In this document: positions 26,425 through 37,568 of the stretch, one piece after another | Layout: each line of letters begins with the position of its first letter | Numbering within the stretch: position 1 is the first letter of the stretch | Source: Lama glama | Lineage: Eukaryota | Length of the DNA stretch: 64,000 nt | Assembly: GCA_028534125.1 (NCBI GenBank) | Contig: CM052817.1 | Location: 28,956,001 to 29,020,000, forward strand | Direction of reading: 5' to 3' | Notes under the pieces: model-generated | What the model was told of the DNA's origin: nothing | Databases searched by the model: none | What the model saw: only the letters and a program-made list of their open reading frames with translations | Translations under genes and position numbers: made by a program

Positions 26425-28640
26425 TCTAAGGAGTGACATCAGTGAAAATGGTGGAGTGAAGATGTTTGAAACCTTCCCCTTCCAAAAGTTCTGGAAAAAG
26501 TTATCAGAATAAATTCATGGACATTAACTAAATATTTGCAAAATCCCAGAGAATTGAGAGAATTTAGTGGGGGAAAACAGCTGAATACCAATAAGAACAA
26601 TGAGATTTGAGCATTTTCACCTACCTTAGCCCTCTTACTTCCCACCACTCCTTAGCTTTGCAGCAGCCTTAAAAATAACATCCAGCATTCCCAGTACCAA
26701 ACTGAGCAAAACAGTGTTGGAATTTTTCAAGGCCTTATTCCTAGAGGATTCATTATTTGCCCCAATTAATGGTTCCCTAGAAGACCCCACTTAAAAAAGA
26801 CTTGCCTTTAATGACCTCAGTTGAACTTGCCCTGTGCTAAAAGCTTCTTCCCAGAGACCATGTGTTGAATATTTTAACTACTGTCTGAAGCAACAGATGA
26901 CAATTGGAGCAAATGATATACTTACCAAAAAGTTTACAAGGAAAAGTTGAGAAATGAGATATCCACAGGGCCTTTAAAAAGCTCCAACATATTCCTGGGA
27001 ATTTAGAACGCCACATTCAAGTGTAGAGTTACGTGCATGCTTAGGAAAGACCTGATAAGTCCTTAAGCTCTCACCTCTGATCTTGGCTCTGCAAGCAAGA
27101 AATGAGGGCTAAGGTAGAGTTGTAAACTAACTGACTTGAGTGTAGAAGGTGGGTCCCAATGCACACACAGAACCATCAGAAGAAAAATGGGAGATTTATT
27201 GGTTCCGGACACTTAAAGAAATCCCTGTCCCATCATCAGCTGACCCAAACTAATTAGAGACTTCAGTGACAACATACAACAACGATATAGAACTTACAGA
27301 ATTAGTTCAGAAAAGTCAATAAACAAACAACAACCAACAAAGAAAGTAGCAACAACAAATCCTGGGGAAGGGGAGAATCTCATTTCAGAGCTTCCAAATT
27401 ACATTATTTTAAATGCTCAGTTGTCAACATAAAATCAGAAAACATGTGAAGAAATAAGAAAGCATGGCTCATACACAGGGGTGAAGAAAAAAAAAAACCT
27501 CCATGGGAAAGTTCAGGACTTGAAGTTAGTAGTAAAAAAGCTTTCAATCAGCTATTTCAAATATGTTCAAAGACCTAAAGGAAGCCGTAGCTAAAAAGAA
27601 CCATTATAGTATACTGTATATATGTATTTACATGCAATATAATATGTATGTGCAGTCGAGCTGTAACAACTCTACCTAATAAAACTGAAAAATGAGGAAA
27701 AAATAAAAGGAACCACTATAACTAAGGGGAACTATTATAATTATATCTCATTCTAAGACTTAATAAATAGAATATAAGTAAAGAGATAGTAATTATAAGA
27801 AGAAACCAAATAGAAACTCGGAAGTTGAAAAGTACAATAACTCAAATGAAGATTTTACTACAGAGGATAAACAGCAAATTCAACTATATAAAAAAAGAAG
27901 CAGCAGACTTAAACTTATGATCAACTGCTATTATTTCATCTGGGAACAGAAAGATGAAACAGTGAAAAAAAAATTAATAGATCTTCAGAGACCTGTGGGG
28001 CACTATCAAGTGTACCAACATACAAATAACGGGAGTTCCAGAAGGAGTGGAGAGAGAGAAAGGATCAGAAAAAAATTTGAAGAAATAATGGCTAAAACCT
28101 TCTCAAACTAAGTTTAAAAGTTAATCTATTGAAAGAAAACAAAGTTGGGGGACTGATGCTACCCAACTTCAAGACTTAGTATTAAGCTACGGTAATCAAG
28201 ACTGCATGGTATTGACAAAAGAATAGACAAATATCAATAGAACAGAATAGAGAGCCCAGAAATAGAATAGTCAACTGATCTTTGACAAAAGAGCAAAGTT
28301 AATACAATGGAGCAAAGATAGTCTTTTCAGCAAATTCTGGAACAACTGAACATCCACACGCAAAGAAAGGAATTAGATGCAAAAAGTGTATCATTCACCA
28401 AAATTAACTCAAACTAGATCACAGACCTAAATGTAAAAATGTAAAACTATAAAAGTCCTAGACAATAACATAAGACACATAATCTAGATAACCTTGGTAC
28501 GTGATGGCTGCTAACAGGTGCAGGGTTTCTTACAGGGATGATGAACATGTTCTGGAATTAGCGGTACTGCCTCCCTACTAAAAACCACTAAACTGTCATT
28601 TTAAAGGGGTGAATTTAATGTGGATTATATCTTTTATTTT
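26425..28640 (+). mobile_element. Internally deleted old L1: 5'UTR and ORF1 remnant, ORF2 piece, 3'UTR piece
   Basis: 5' gtgacatcagtgaaaatggtggag; ORF1 remnant FEEIMAKTF (ORF 27917-28111); ORF2 block aacaaagttgggggactgatgctacccaacttcaagac from ~28131; 3'UTR gatgatgaacatgttctggaatta after ~28500. Confidence 0.85.
27609..27703 (+). mobile_element. Short younger L1-type 3'-end insertion inside the older L1
   Basis: Ends caactctacctaataaaactgaaaaa plus A-rich tail; flanked by taaaaagaaccattata (27592-27608) / taaaaggaaccactata (27704-27720), 15/17 identical. Confidence 0.7.
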
Positions 28641-29796
28641 AAAGGAAAGAATCAATGTTCAAAACTAATTTATCACCTGGAATCTGACTCAGTAGCACCA
28701 CAGCAATGTGTGCTGACTAGTGTTTAAAGGCTTTTCAGATCCCAATGTACATCAGCTGGCTTTAGAAGGGGTCACAACAATGACCCACTGGGAGTTTCTG
28801 AGTGCTCACCACTCGAAATAAATCAATATTATTTAATTTAACATATTTGTTAATATGAACATGACGTTACAGCTAAACAGAGAGCAAAAGAGTACACAAA
28901 TATTAGGATTATAAACCATATACAAAGCAATCAGTCTTAAGTTTTAAAATCTATATCATATTGAATTTATATCACATTGAATGTACTTATTTACAAAAAT
29001 GTGTATCATATTTAATTTATAAAGCTACATTATCCAACATCATTCTCCTTCACTTGAGCTCTTATCAGCAAATAAGACAGGGAGACAGGATGACATACAG
29101 AAAGAATCAAGAAAACCAGTGTGCTTAAGTATAGCTCTATAATCTCAAGCATGTTATTTGACCTCTCTTAGCATCAGATTCTCTATAAATAGCTCTATTC
29201 TCAAATTTTACATCAGGATCCAATCAGGTAATACATGTGAAAGTACTCTGTAAAATGGGATGCCAGTGTAGTTTTCAACATTATTATTGTATCATATTCG
29301 CAGTTTATTGATAAATCAACATTCGTGATGCTCAATGTTGGCTCTACTATACCACACGTCTCTCTCCCTTTGAGATTTATAAATAAAACACAAAAGTGAT
29401 ACCAGGCCTTAAGACATTTTTAATCTGACAAAAAAAAAGTGTCCTTCCAGTTTTGTCTATGGATGTGAATACTCAATTTTGCATCCTTATTAGCTCTTTA
29501 TGTTTCTAGAATTGAGGAAGGACTATGACTACTTTGAATCCTGTTGTTGGAAACTAGAAATGGTTGATCCATATAAAAGTTTTGTAAAACACATATAAAT
29601 ATTTATAAAGATGTAAATAAACTCATAATTCTGGCCTCAACCAGGTAGAAAAATCATGAAAGCAAAATAAAGGTAGGTTAAATGATAAAAGTTCAGGTAG
29701 GGAAAACAAGATATGTTTGGATTAAAATCATCTAACTTCTGAGCTATTTCAATTGACTCTGTTCTCAGTTGTAGAAAAAGGGAGGGAGGAATAACT

Positions 29797-30013
29797 GGGA
29801 AAGAATAAAATTTAAGTTGACCCACTTAAACTTAAGTTGTCAGATTACGGGAAGATTAAAAACATAAATATAGGACATACCTCAAAATACTCAAAGAAAC
29901 CTGGAAAACAGGCTCCCGTGGCCACAAAACACCCAGGAAATTGGGATTTTCTTCTTCGGAGCTGCTGCTGATTCTCCTGCACTCTGTAATTTAGACAGCA
30001 CCACTGACTGCCC
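29797..30013 (+). repeat. Diverged direct repeat, copy 1 (partner 31089-31295)
   Basis: Colinear shared blocks ggaagattaa, tatagga, tacctc, ctcaaagaaa(c/t)ctggaaaacaggct, ctgctga, ctgcactc(t/c)gtaat, cagca(c/t)cactga(c/t)tgcc. Confidence 0.85.
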
Positions 30014-30149
30014 AGTTCCTTCCATGGCTTTTACTACGGAGGGTAAAACTCTGCTCCACATGTTTTGGCGTTTGCCATGTGAGAACCGTAGGAAAGCCTA
30101 GAAGTAGACCCAGAAAACTGATAGAGTGGTCAGGACATGCTGTGATGCT

Positions 30150-30380
30150 CACAGCAAGAGGCTTAAAGGTTGGAGTTGGGAGTTCAGCCCAGTGTAAATC
30201 CTTATTTTGCTGCTGTTTAATAGCTTGAGACCCTGGACAAGTCACTTAAGTCTCAAATTTCTCACTTGCAAAATATAGATAGGGTCTAGCTCATAGGATT
30301 TTTGTAAGGGTTATATAATAAAAGACACAAATTATTTAGCAAATATCATTGCTAATAATAAATGCTCAGGGATTGTTAGC
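30150..30380 (+). mobile_element. MIR SINE
   Basis: gaccctggacaagtcacttaagtctcaaatttctcacttgcaaaata...ctcataggatttttgtaaggg. Confidence 0.7.
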
Positions 30381-30477
30381 AACCTTCATTATCACTCTAA
30401 CGGAAAAGGGTAGTAAAAGCAAAATAGAGAAAAATAGATGACCGTAGCCCTCTTACTAATTATGGATGACTCATTAA

Positions 30478-30865
30478 TTTTTTAAACTGCTTTCAGTTTA
30501 TTCAAAGTGAAAGTAAACACAATTATGAAATATGGATTTACTATTCCCACTATGTAAGTTGATGCTGCTGTTTCAAAAACTTGCAAATTGTGTTTCAAGT
30601 TTTTAAAGTGCATCTTGTTCTCTCAATAGAATATTCCTCTATGTGCTGGATGCTGGTTTCTAGAGGGAGCTCTCAGGTGGATGGTTAGACTTACCATCCT
30701 GGGGATTTATCATTTAAGTCAGGCCCATAATGGAATTCTCTGTGCAGTTTTCTAAAATGCAAATCACATACAAACTGCTTGAGTTTGCCAGCATTAATAC
30801 ATCCCAGAAGTCGCCAACACATACGCATGCCTTAAACTGTCAGTAGTTAATACAGAAGTCTGGAG
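30478..30865 (-). pseudogene. ERP44: ERP44 processed pseudogene (5'-truncated; C-terminal ~85 codons plus 3'UTR)
   Basis: Minus-strand reading with two 1-nt gaps: TDSLRHAYV-GDFWDVL-AGKLKQFVCDLHFRKLHREFHYGPDLNDKSPG..PPESSL*KPASST*RNILLREQDAL*, versus recalled ERp44 IDSFRHMYVFGDFKDVLIPGKLKQFVFDLHSGKLHREFHHGPDPTDTAPG..SPPESSFQKLAPSEYRYTLLRDRDEL*; stop TAA at 30605-30603; then 3'UTR-like aaacttgaaa..cagcagcatcaac..aatagtaaa, AATAAA at 30502-30497 and a short A-run; no intron-sized gap. Confidence 0.93.
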
Positions 30866-31088
30866 AAAAAGTGAGTAGGATATTTTGGAATGAAATGAAT
30901 CTAAGAGGTCAGTTTGTGGGTGTGCTGTTTAGTTTGCTGGAGGGAACAAGGTGGACTCCTAGCTGTAAATAAAGTTAACTAAGGTTGGCAGTGGTTCCAG
31001 TAAATACAGAGTTGCTGGAAAGGACTGAGAGTGTCCCTCAGTGGGCTGTACCTGCCTCCTCTGTACTCCTTGAAGAATTGGTGAGCTA

Positions 31089-31295
31089 AGGAAGAAAATT
31101 TTTAATTGACCTACTGAAATTATTAGATTAAAGGAAGATTAAGGATGTAGTTATAGGAACTACCTCCAACGCTCAAAGAAATCTGGAAAACAGGCTTCTG
31201 GGGCAGTAAAATACCCACTGATATTCAGTAAAATTCATTAAAAAGTTCTGCTGACGTTTCTGCACTCCGTAATACAGTCAGCATCACTGATTGCC
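31089..31295 (+). repeat. Diverged direct repeat, copy 2 (partner 29797-30013)
   Basis: Same colinear blocks as copy 1, offset ~1.29 kb. Confidence 0.85.
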
Positions 31296-31327
31296 TGGTG
31301 TGCTAATGAGTCTGAGATTCCATAATC

Positions 31328-31490
31328 CAGCAACTCTCAAAGTGAGGTCTTTGACCAATCACATAGTATCATTTGGGAGCTTGTTAGCAATGTAAATTCT
31401 CAGGCCCCACCCACACCTACTGATTAAGAAAGTCGATCACAACAAGCCCTCCAAGTGATTCCGATGGACCATCAGATATAAGAGAGTAAC
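31328..31490. mobile_element. MER5A-like hAT-Charlie element
   Basis: ctctcaaagtgaggtc...tgggagcttgttagcaatgtaaattctcaggccccacccacacctactga...aacaagccctccaagtgattc. Confidence 0.85.
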
Positions 31491-33214
31491 AATGTGGGTT
31501 ATAGAGCGGTTGTGAAGAGTGACCAGGAAGACCGCCAGGTGAGGTTTACCCAAAAACCCCAGAAGCAAAATATGTGACAGATGCAGCATTTGCAGTGAGA
31601 TTTCATGGGAAAGTGAGTAACTATAATTCAAACTAAGACTCCAGAGGCACGTATGGCCTTTCTGAGAGTAACACGTTTGACTTCTTGCTTAAAGAAGTCA
31701 CTAGCTATGTTTGTTACTGATGCAAGTTGACGTCTGTATTACAGAGAACGTAAATGATGGGAGAATTCTTGCATAGGCTCTGCCTTTCTAGAAAGAATAG
31801 CAAAGATTCTCCACAGAAAAAAAGATCTGGGAAGGAAGCCAGAAAGTCAAAGAAATTTAAGGTGGTGAATGGGAATTAAAGCTGGAGTCGAGAGGTTTAA
31901 AGTAGAACAATGTGATAAAAAGAGGAAAAGAAGAAAATACATTCAGGACCGTTTTCACCAAATAGAAGGTCTGACCTCTTCCCAGACAGTAGGAATCCAG
32001 TCCTTCTGATCCCACGTCTTATACAGCAATAAAGAAGACCCATATACACAATCACCTATAATGAAGCTTCTTGATAGTCCTGAGAGGAAGACATGGGATG
32101 CTAGGGGCAAGGCAAGCCAGCAAAAGATACTGCCTTCTAAGTGTAACCAGAGATACATGGAAAGACTACCCACACTCAACACTTAAGTAATTCAGACAAA
32201 ATAAACATGAACTACATCCCTGTTGATACTGAAGCCTTCGCAGGAAACAGAATAACGTGGAAGTTTTTTCTCTTCTCAATTGAATATTGTAAGTCTGGAA
32301 GAGAATTTGGCAGGAGGCATGAACAGTAAATGAAGAACAACTTGTCAAATGACAGTATTTGTTTTTTTTTTAATCTTGACTGATACAAGAAAATTCGGTC
32401 AATAATGATGTAATGAAGACTGAGTATAACATTTTCATTTCAGGCATCATAATTTGGTCCAGTGAATTCCAAACAAACAGAGAAAAGGGAGGAAAAGGTC
32501 CAAATAAACTTCCAAATAAAATGAAAAACTTCCGTAATGAAAAGTAGATGTGATTATAGGGAAAAATAAGAACAATAGTGGCAATAACCAAAAATCCTCA
32601 AAAGGATACAAAAAAGCGAAAAATCAGAGACTCAGATGTCTTTGTTTCTAATGAATACTAATAAAAACAAGTAGCTGTAGTCCCACAAATGCCACCAATC
32701 CCTGCAGGGTGGGACATACGATTGCCAGGGAAGCGGAAAGGCACGCGTATTTAAAATAAGCAGGGTGGGACATAGAGCTATGTGCCAAGGAGATACTGGC
32801 GTAAAAATTCACAAGGTCGAAGGTGAAGGGAGATTGAGAACAGGTGGATGATGGTGAAAGAGACGTGATATTCTGACGGTAACACATGCAGGACTGTCTA
32901 GTCAGTCAGACAGAGTATGTTGGTTACTTGCCTCATTGAGAGCAAAATTGGAACAGAAGTTATTAGTGGCTGGGGACTTGAATTATCTGGACATCTGCTA
33001 GATGTTTCACTCATCTCAGGCCAAAACAGCTAATAAAATACTGCTAAAAATGTCATTTCGGAGAAGATGGAATTATATTATCTCACGTGCAGAAAAGATT
33101 TTCATGAGAGTCAAGTTCAATTCCTTCTCCTCAAATTTAAATCCAAGAGAGCCAAGGTCTGGAGAGGTGGTAGAGTTAATTATACATGAAACAGAAATAA
33201 AACCCTGGTCCCAT

Positions 33215-33741
33215 CTCATTCGTTCACTCTTCAAATATTCACAGAGTGCCTTCTGAGTGCCGGGCAGTGTTCTAGGCACTTGAGATACGTTAGTGAAGAA
33301 ACAAAGCCTCTGCATTCAGGGACCTTATATTCCTGTATAATAGGAAGTCAGACAATAGATAACATAAAAAGTAGACAGACTATCTAATAAAGCACTGTGT
33401 AATACGGTAGCCACTAGTCACATGTGGCTATTTAAATTTAATTAAAAGATTAGTCTGTTCACAAATTATTTACCACACATATTAACTGAGTGCCTACCAT
33501 ATTATTATGGGGCAGGTGCTGTTTGAGGTGCAAGAGGCACAGCAGTGAATAAAACAGACAGAGGTTCTGCCCTTCCCAGCAGAGAAGACAGAAGGCAATC
33601 AAACAAGCAAATTAATATATAATGTGATGGCTGACTGCAATAGCGCTATGAAGTAAAGTGAGGAATGGGTAGGGCAAGGATAGAACAAATGGTGGTAGGC
33701 TGTTTTAGGTGGGGCGGTGCTGTTGGTTGGGAAGAACCCCA
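33215..33741 (-). mobile_element. L2 3'-end fragments, with a MER3/MER33-like piece at ~33380-33445
   Basis: cattcgttcactc..aaatattcacagagtgcc..gtgccgggcagtgttctaggcact; second tail aactgagtgcctacc..cagcagtgaataaaacagaca; tagccactagtcacatgtggctatttaaattt. Confidence 0.7.
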
Positions 33742-34241
33742 NNNNNNNNNNNNNNNNNNNNNNNNNNNNNNNNNNNNNNNNNNNNNNNNNNNNNNNNNNN
33801 NNNNNNNNNNNNNNNNNNNNNNNNNNNNNNNNNNNNNNNNNNNNNNNNNNNNNNNNNNNNNNNNNNNNNNNNNNNNNNNNNNNNNNNNNNNNNNNNNNNN
33901 NNNNNNNNNNNNNNNNNNNNNNNNNNNNNNNNNNNNNNNNNNNNNNNNNNNNNNNNNNNNNNNNNNNNNNNNNNNNNNNNNNNNNNNNNNNNNNNNNNNN
34001 NNNNNNNNNNNNNNNNNNNNNNNNNNNNNNNNNNNNNNNNNNNNNNNNNNNNNNNNNNNNNNNNNNNNNNNNNNNNNNNNNNNNNNNNNNNNNNNNNNNN
34101 NNNNNNNNNNNNNNNNNNNNNNNNNNNNNNNNNNNNNNNNNNNNNNNNNNNNNNNNNNNNNNNNNNNNNNNNNNNNNNNNNNNNNNNNNNNNNNNNNNNN
34201 NNNNNNNNNNNNNNNNNNNNNNNNNNNNNNNNNNNNNNNNN
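33742..34241. other. Assembly gap (500 N)
   Basis: Exactly 500 N characters. Confidence 0.99.
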
Positions 34242-35805
34242 TCCAAAGATCAGAGAGGGGAGAAGGTACAGGTTTATACGGTATTTCGTACAATGGTTGG
34301 GAAAGGGGAGATGGGAGGATGAAGAAGACCACTGACAGAAACCCCACTGGGAAATCTGGCTACAAGGACAGGAATGCAATCAGAGAGTCGAGAGTTAGTC
34401 GGTGGGACTCCTCTTAAACAGACTGGAAGGACAATTCCAAACTTTAGTTGTAGGGGAATCTGAGCTAAAGAACAGAGGATCAGGCTATGAATTCTGGCCC
34501 TGTAAGAAGAGAAGTCTGTTACCTGAACCGAGAAATGGAAACATCACGTACCTGGCTTTACGCTAAGTGTTAAGGAAAGAACTATAAAGAGGATCTAGTT
34601 CCCTTTATTGAGTTCTTTGTTTAAATTGGAAGATAGAGTTTTTAAAAATATTTGTTATATAAAGTGAAAATGTTATGGTAAAAATAGTCCCAAGGGCATT
34701 ATGGGAATATTGATAAGGAAAGGGTTCTCTGTGTTTAGGGAGACTGAGAAAACCTTCCTGGCAAATATTGAAGTCTTCTGTCTTAAATCACATGGTATCA
34801 GAAAAACATGTATCATATGACCAGTCCCTCTGTCAAAATAAGCAACTGTGAATGGAATTGTTAAGGGCTTTTAAGTATGGCTTGGGGAAAAATAACTTCT
34901 TTATAGTGGAAGAAAGACAGACTATAGCATCAGACAAACTTGAGCAAGTTACAACCTCTCTGAGACTCAGAGATTTGTGTGTTTGTAAATCACACAGTAT
35001 AGAGTTCCACTGCATTCAGTAAATGTCACTGCCCATCTTCCAAATCTTTAGGAAATAGAAGTATTGGATTTTCACCTTCTTATGGTATGTCAAGAATCTA
35101 TTTATGTGTAGATGTAGCTGTAGGGGAAAATGATCACAAATTTGAAACAACACTTTTTGGAGAGCTTGGTAATATAACTTCTATTTAATTACAATAGCTA
35201 CCATTCCAGGAATGGCAAAAAAGGCTCTTAATCTATTATTTTAAAAAGACACAAAAATATTTTAAGAGTAATGACTGGCCTTTGCAGAAGAAAGGCACTT
35301 TACAAATCAATATGTGTATTAGTTTTGTTACTGTAATAGCTAAACATTAATGTCTAGTCCAGAGTTTTATAGGAAGGCCAAATGCAAAAAACTAGTCAAT
35401 TGGTTTCCATAAAACTATATTGCTTAGCACAATAATGGTTTCTGTCTTATGTAACATTTTCCGAAGAAATGCGGTAATATCCTAAAGAGGAGTAAGTGAG
35501 AAATATTGGAAACTCTTGTCTGTGTAAACATTTTACAGATTAAATGGCTCCAATGGAAGAGTTCTACCCAGGTGAAACACACAGAATTAATTACATGGGC
35601 CTACTCCCTATGCATAATGTGTTCCTCAGAAATAAAACAAAACCAAAATACAAGGAACATACTGGGCTATCCATTATGAAAGAAGTTTCTTGTAGTAGAT
35701 AGAAAAGGAAGCTATTAAGAAAGACATTTTAATTATTCCCAAGATATTTATTGAGCCTCTAATACATGCTGGGTGATTTGCTGTGTAGCAAAGACACAAC
35801 AGTGA

Positions 35806-36177
35806 GGTTGGCAGATTAGATTGTATATTCCAAAAATGGCAGTAAAAATAGCTCTCATTCTACATACTCTTCCTAAAATGTGCCTCTACCATTGGAACGC
35901 TTGCCCTTGGAATCAATAACTTCATGAAGAGACCCTCATGGAGAGGAATGTACATCCAGCACCAATTTACGTGTCACATTTATGAATCATTTTAGAGTAG
36001 ATCCCTGAGTCTAGCTTGAGTCGAGCCATCCCAGCTGACACCACGTGGAGCAGAAATAAACTTTCCCCACCAAGACTTCCTATGTTGTAGATTTGTGAGC
36101 AACACAAGTGATTGTTGTTGTATTAAGGTTCTGTGCTTTGAGGTGCTTTATTACACAGCAATAGCTAATTGGAACAG
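35806..36177 (+). mobile_element. MaLR LTR, MLT1G/H-like
   Basis: ttccaaaaatggc start, ccagctgacaccacgtggagcaga, end ttattacacagcaatagctaattggaaca. Confidence 0.8.
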
Positions 36178-36659
36178 TGAGAAGTCAGTTACATTTGAAT
36201 CTTTCTGAAGCTTGCAGTGAATGATGAATAATATTAAGCAAGCAATTATGATATGATGTGGACATTGTTTTAATAATGGCAAAACATTCATATATGGGTG
36301 TATTTGGGGGAGGGACTGTAGTTTTCAACAATAATAGCTTCCCAGAAGAAGGAACACCTAAGGTGACACCTGAAGGATTAGTGGGAAGTGGAAGTTGAAT
36401 GTTTTAGAGACAGAAAGAAAGCATATCTTGATAATAGCCTGTGTGGTGATGGGGGTGGGGACCATAGGAAGAAGAAAAGAGATATGCAAAAGCTAAATGA
36501 AATCAGGATAAGATGCTTGGACTTCATCCTAAAATAGTGATCCAAGGTATTCTTTTAGTTAGCTGAAGATGTGTTCAGGTTTGCATTTTAGGGAGATTAA
36601 GAAACAAAGGGAGGTAAACTTAGAGTTATACAGACTAGTTCAGTAGTAATCATCATCCA

Positions 36660-37568
36660 ATCTTATCCGTAGAGTTTCTCACCTTAGTTAATGGAAGCTC
36701 CATCCTTTCAAATGCTCACATCAAATACCTCAGACACATCCTTGACTCCTTTTATATCTTTTAACAATCTATTTGCAAACCCTGCTTTATCTATCTATAT
36801 GTCTAGGATATGTCCATTTTTTACCATCTGCATTGCTACCAACCTGATCACAAACACCATCTCTCAGATGAACTATTGCAAAAACTTTCTAAAAGGTGCC
36901 TCCACTCCTACATTCGTCCCATCCTACCACAAGGACTGTTCTCAACACAGCAGCTCAGAGTAAGCTTTCAAAAGCCAAAATCAGATCAGCTCACTCCTCT
37001 ACTCAACACCTTACAGTGGTCATTTTACTCAGAGTAAAAGCCAAAGTCTATATAACTGCCTAGGAGGTGGCACATAATCTGGTTCCGTGTTTTCTCTCTT
37101 TTCAGTTCTCCTCTCTGTTCAAGCCACATCAGGACACCTAAACACTCCAGGGGCATTCCAGCCGTGGGAATTTGTTTTAGTTATGGTTTCAGCCTGGGTG
37201 GCCTCTCCACCAACACCCATATGGCTAATTTCCTCAGCTCCTTCAAGCCTTCGATCTAATCTCACCTAGTTAAAACTGCAATTAGCAGTCCCCTCATTTA
37301 TCATCCCTTAAACTCTCTAACCCTGCTCCACTTTTATTCTTTTTCTTAAAGCCTATATTACCTTGTAGCATACCATACATACAATTGGTGGGGTTTTTTT
37401 TCATGTCTATTGTTCATTTTCTGTCTTTACTTCTACCTCCCCCCACTTCTGACAAAATGTAAAGAAGGATAATAAGAGCAGAAATCATTGTTCACTGATG
37501 TAAAAAAATTACCTTGAGAAGTGCCTGGCACATAATAGGCATTCAAGTATTTGTTGACTGAATGAATG
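36660..37568 (+). mobile_element. L2 LINE 3' portion
   Basis: tcagatcagctcactcctctactcaacacc, cagagtaaaagccaaagtc, terminal gtgcctggcacataataggcattcaagtatttgttgactgaatgaatg. Confidence 0.85.

Noticed and set aside
30866..30905. Possible inverted 5' piece of the ERP44 retrocopy (twin priming)
   Set aside because: Only a short, weak resemblance to recalled upstream ERP44 sequence that does not extend
32648..32887. Minus-strand ORF containing ITSL...LVNFYA, resembling the ERp44 N-terminus, 2 kb upstream of the ERP44 fragment
   Set aside because: No WCRFS active-site motif, no similarity in intervening residues, and no nucleotide resemblance I can see outside the hexapeptide; treated as coincidence pending TBLASTN
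33599..34417. Six long ORFs (201-250 aa)
   Set aside because: Artefacts of translating through the 500-N gap
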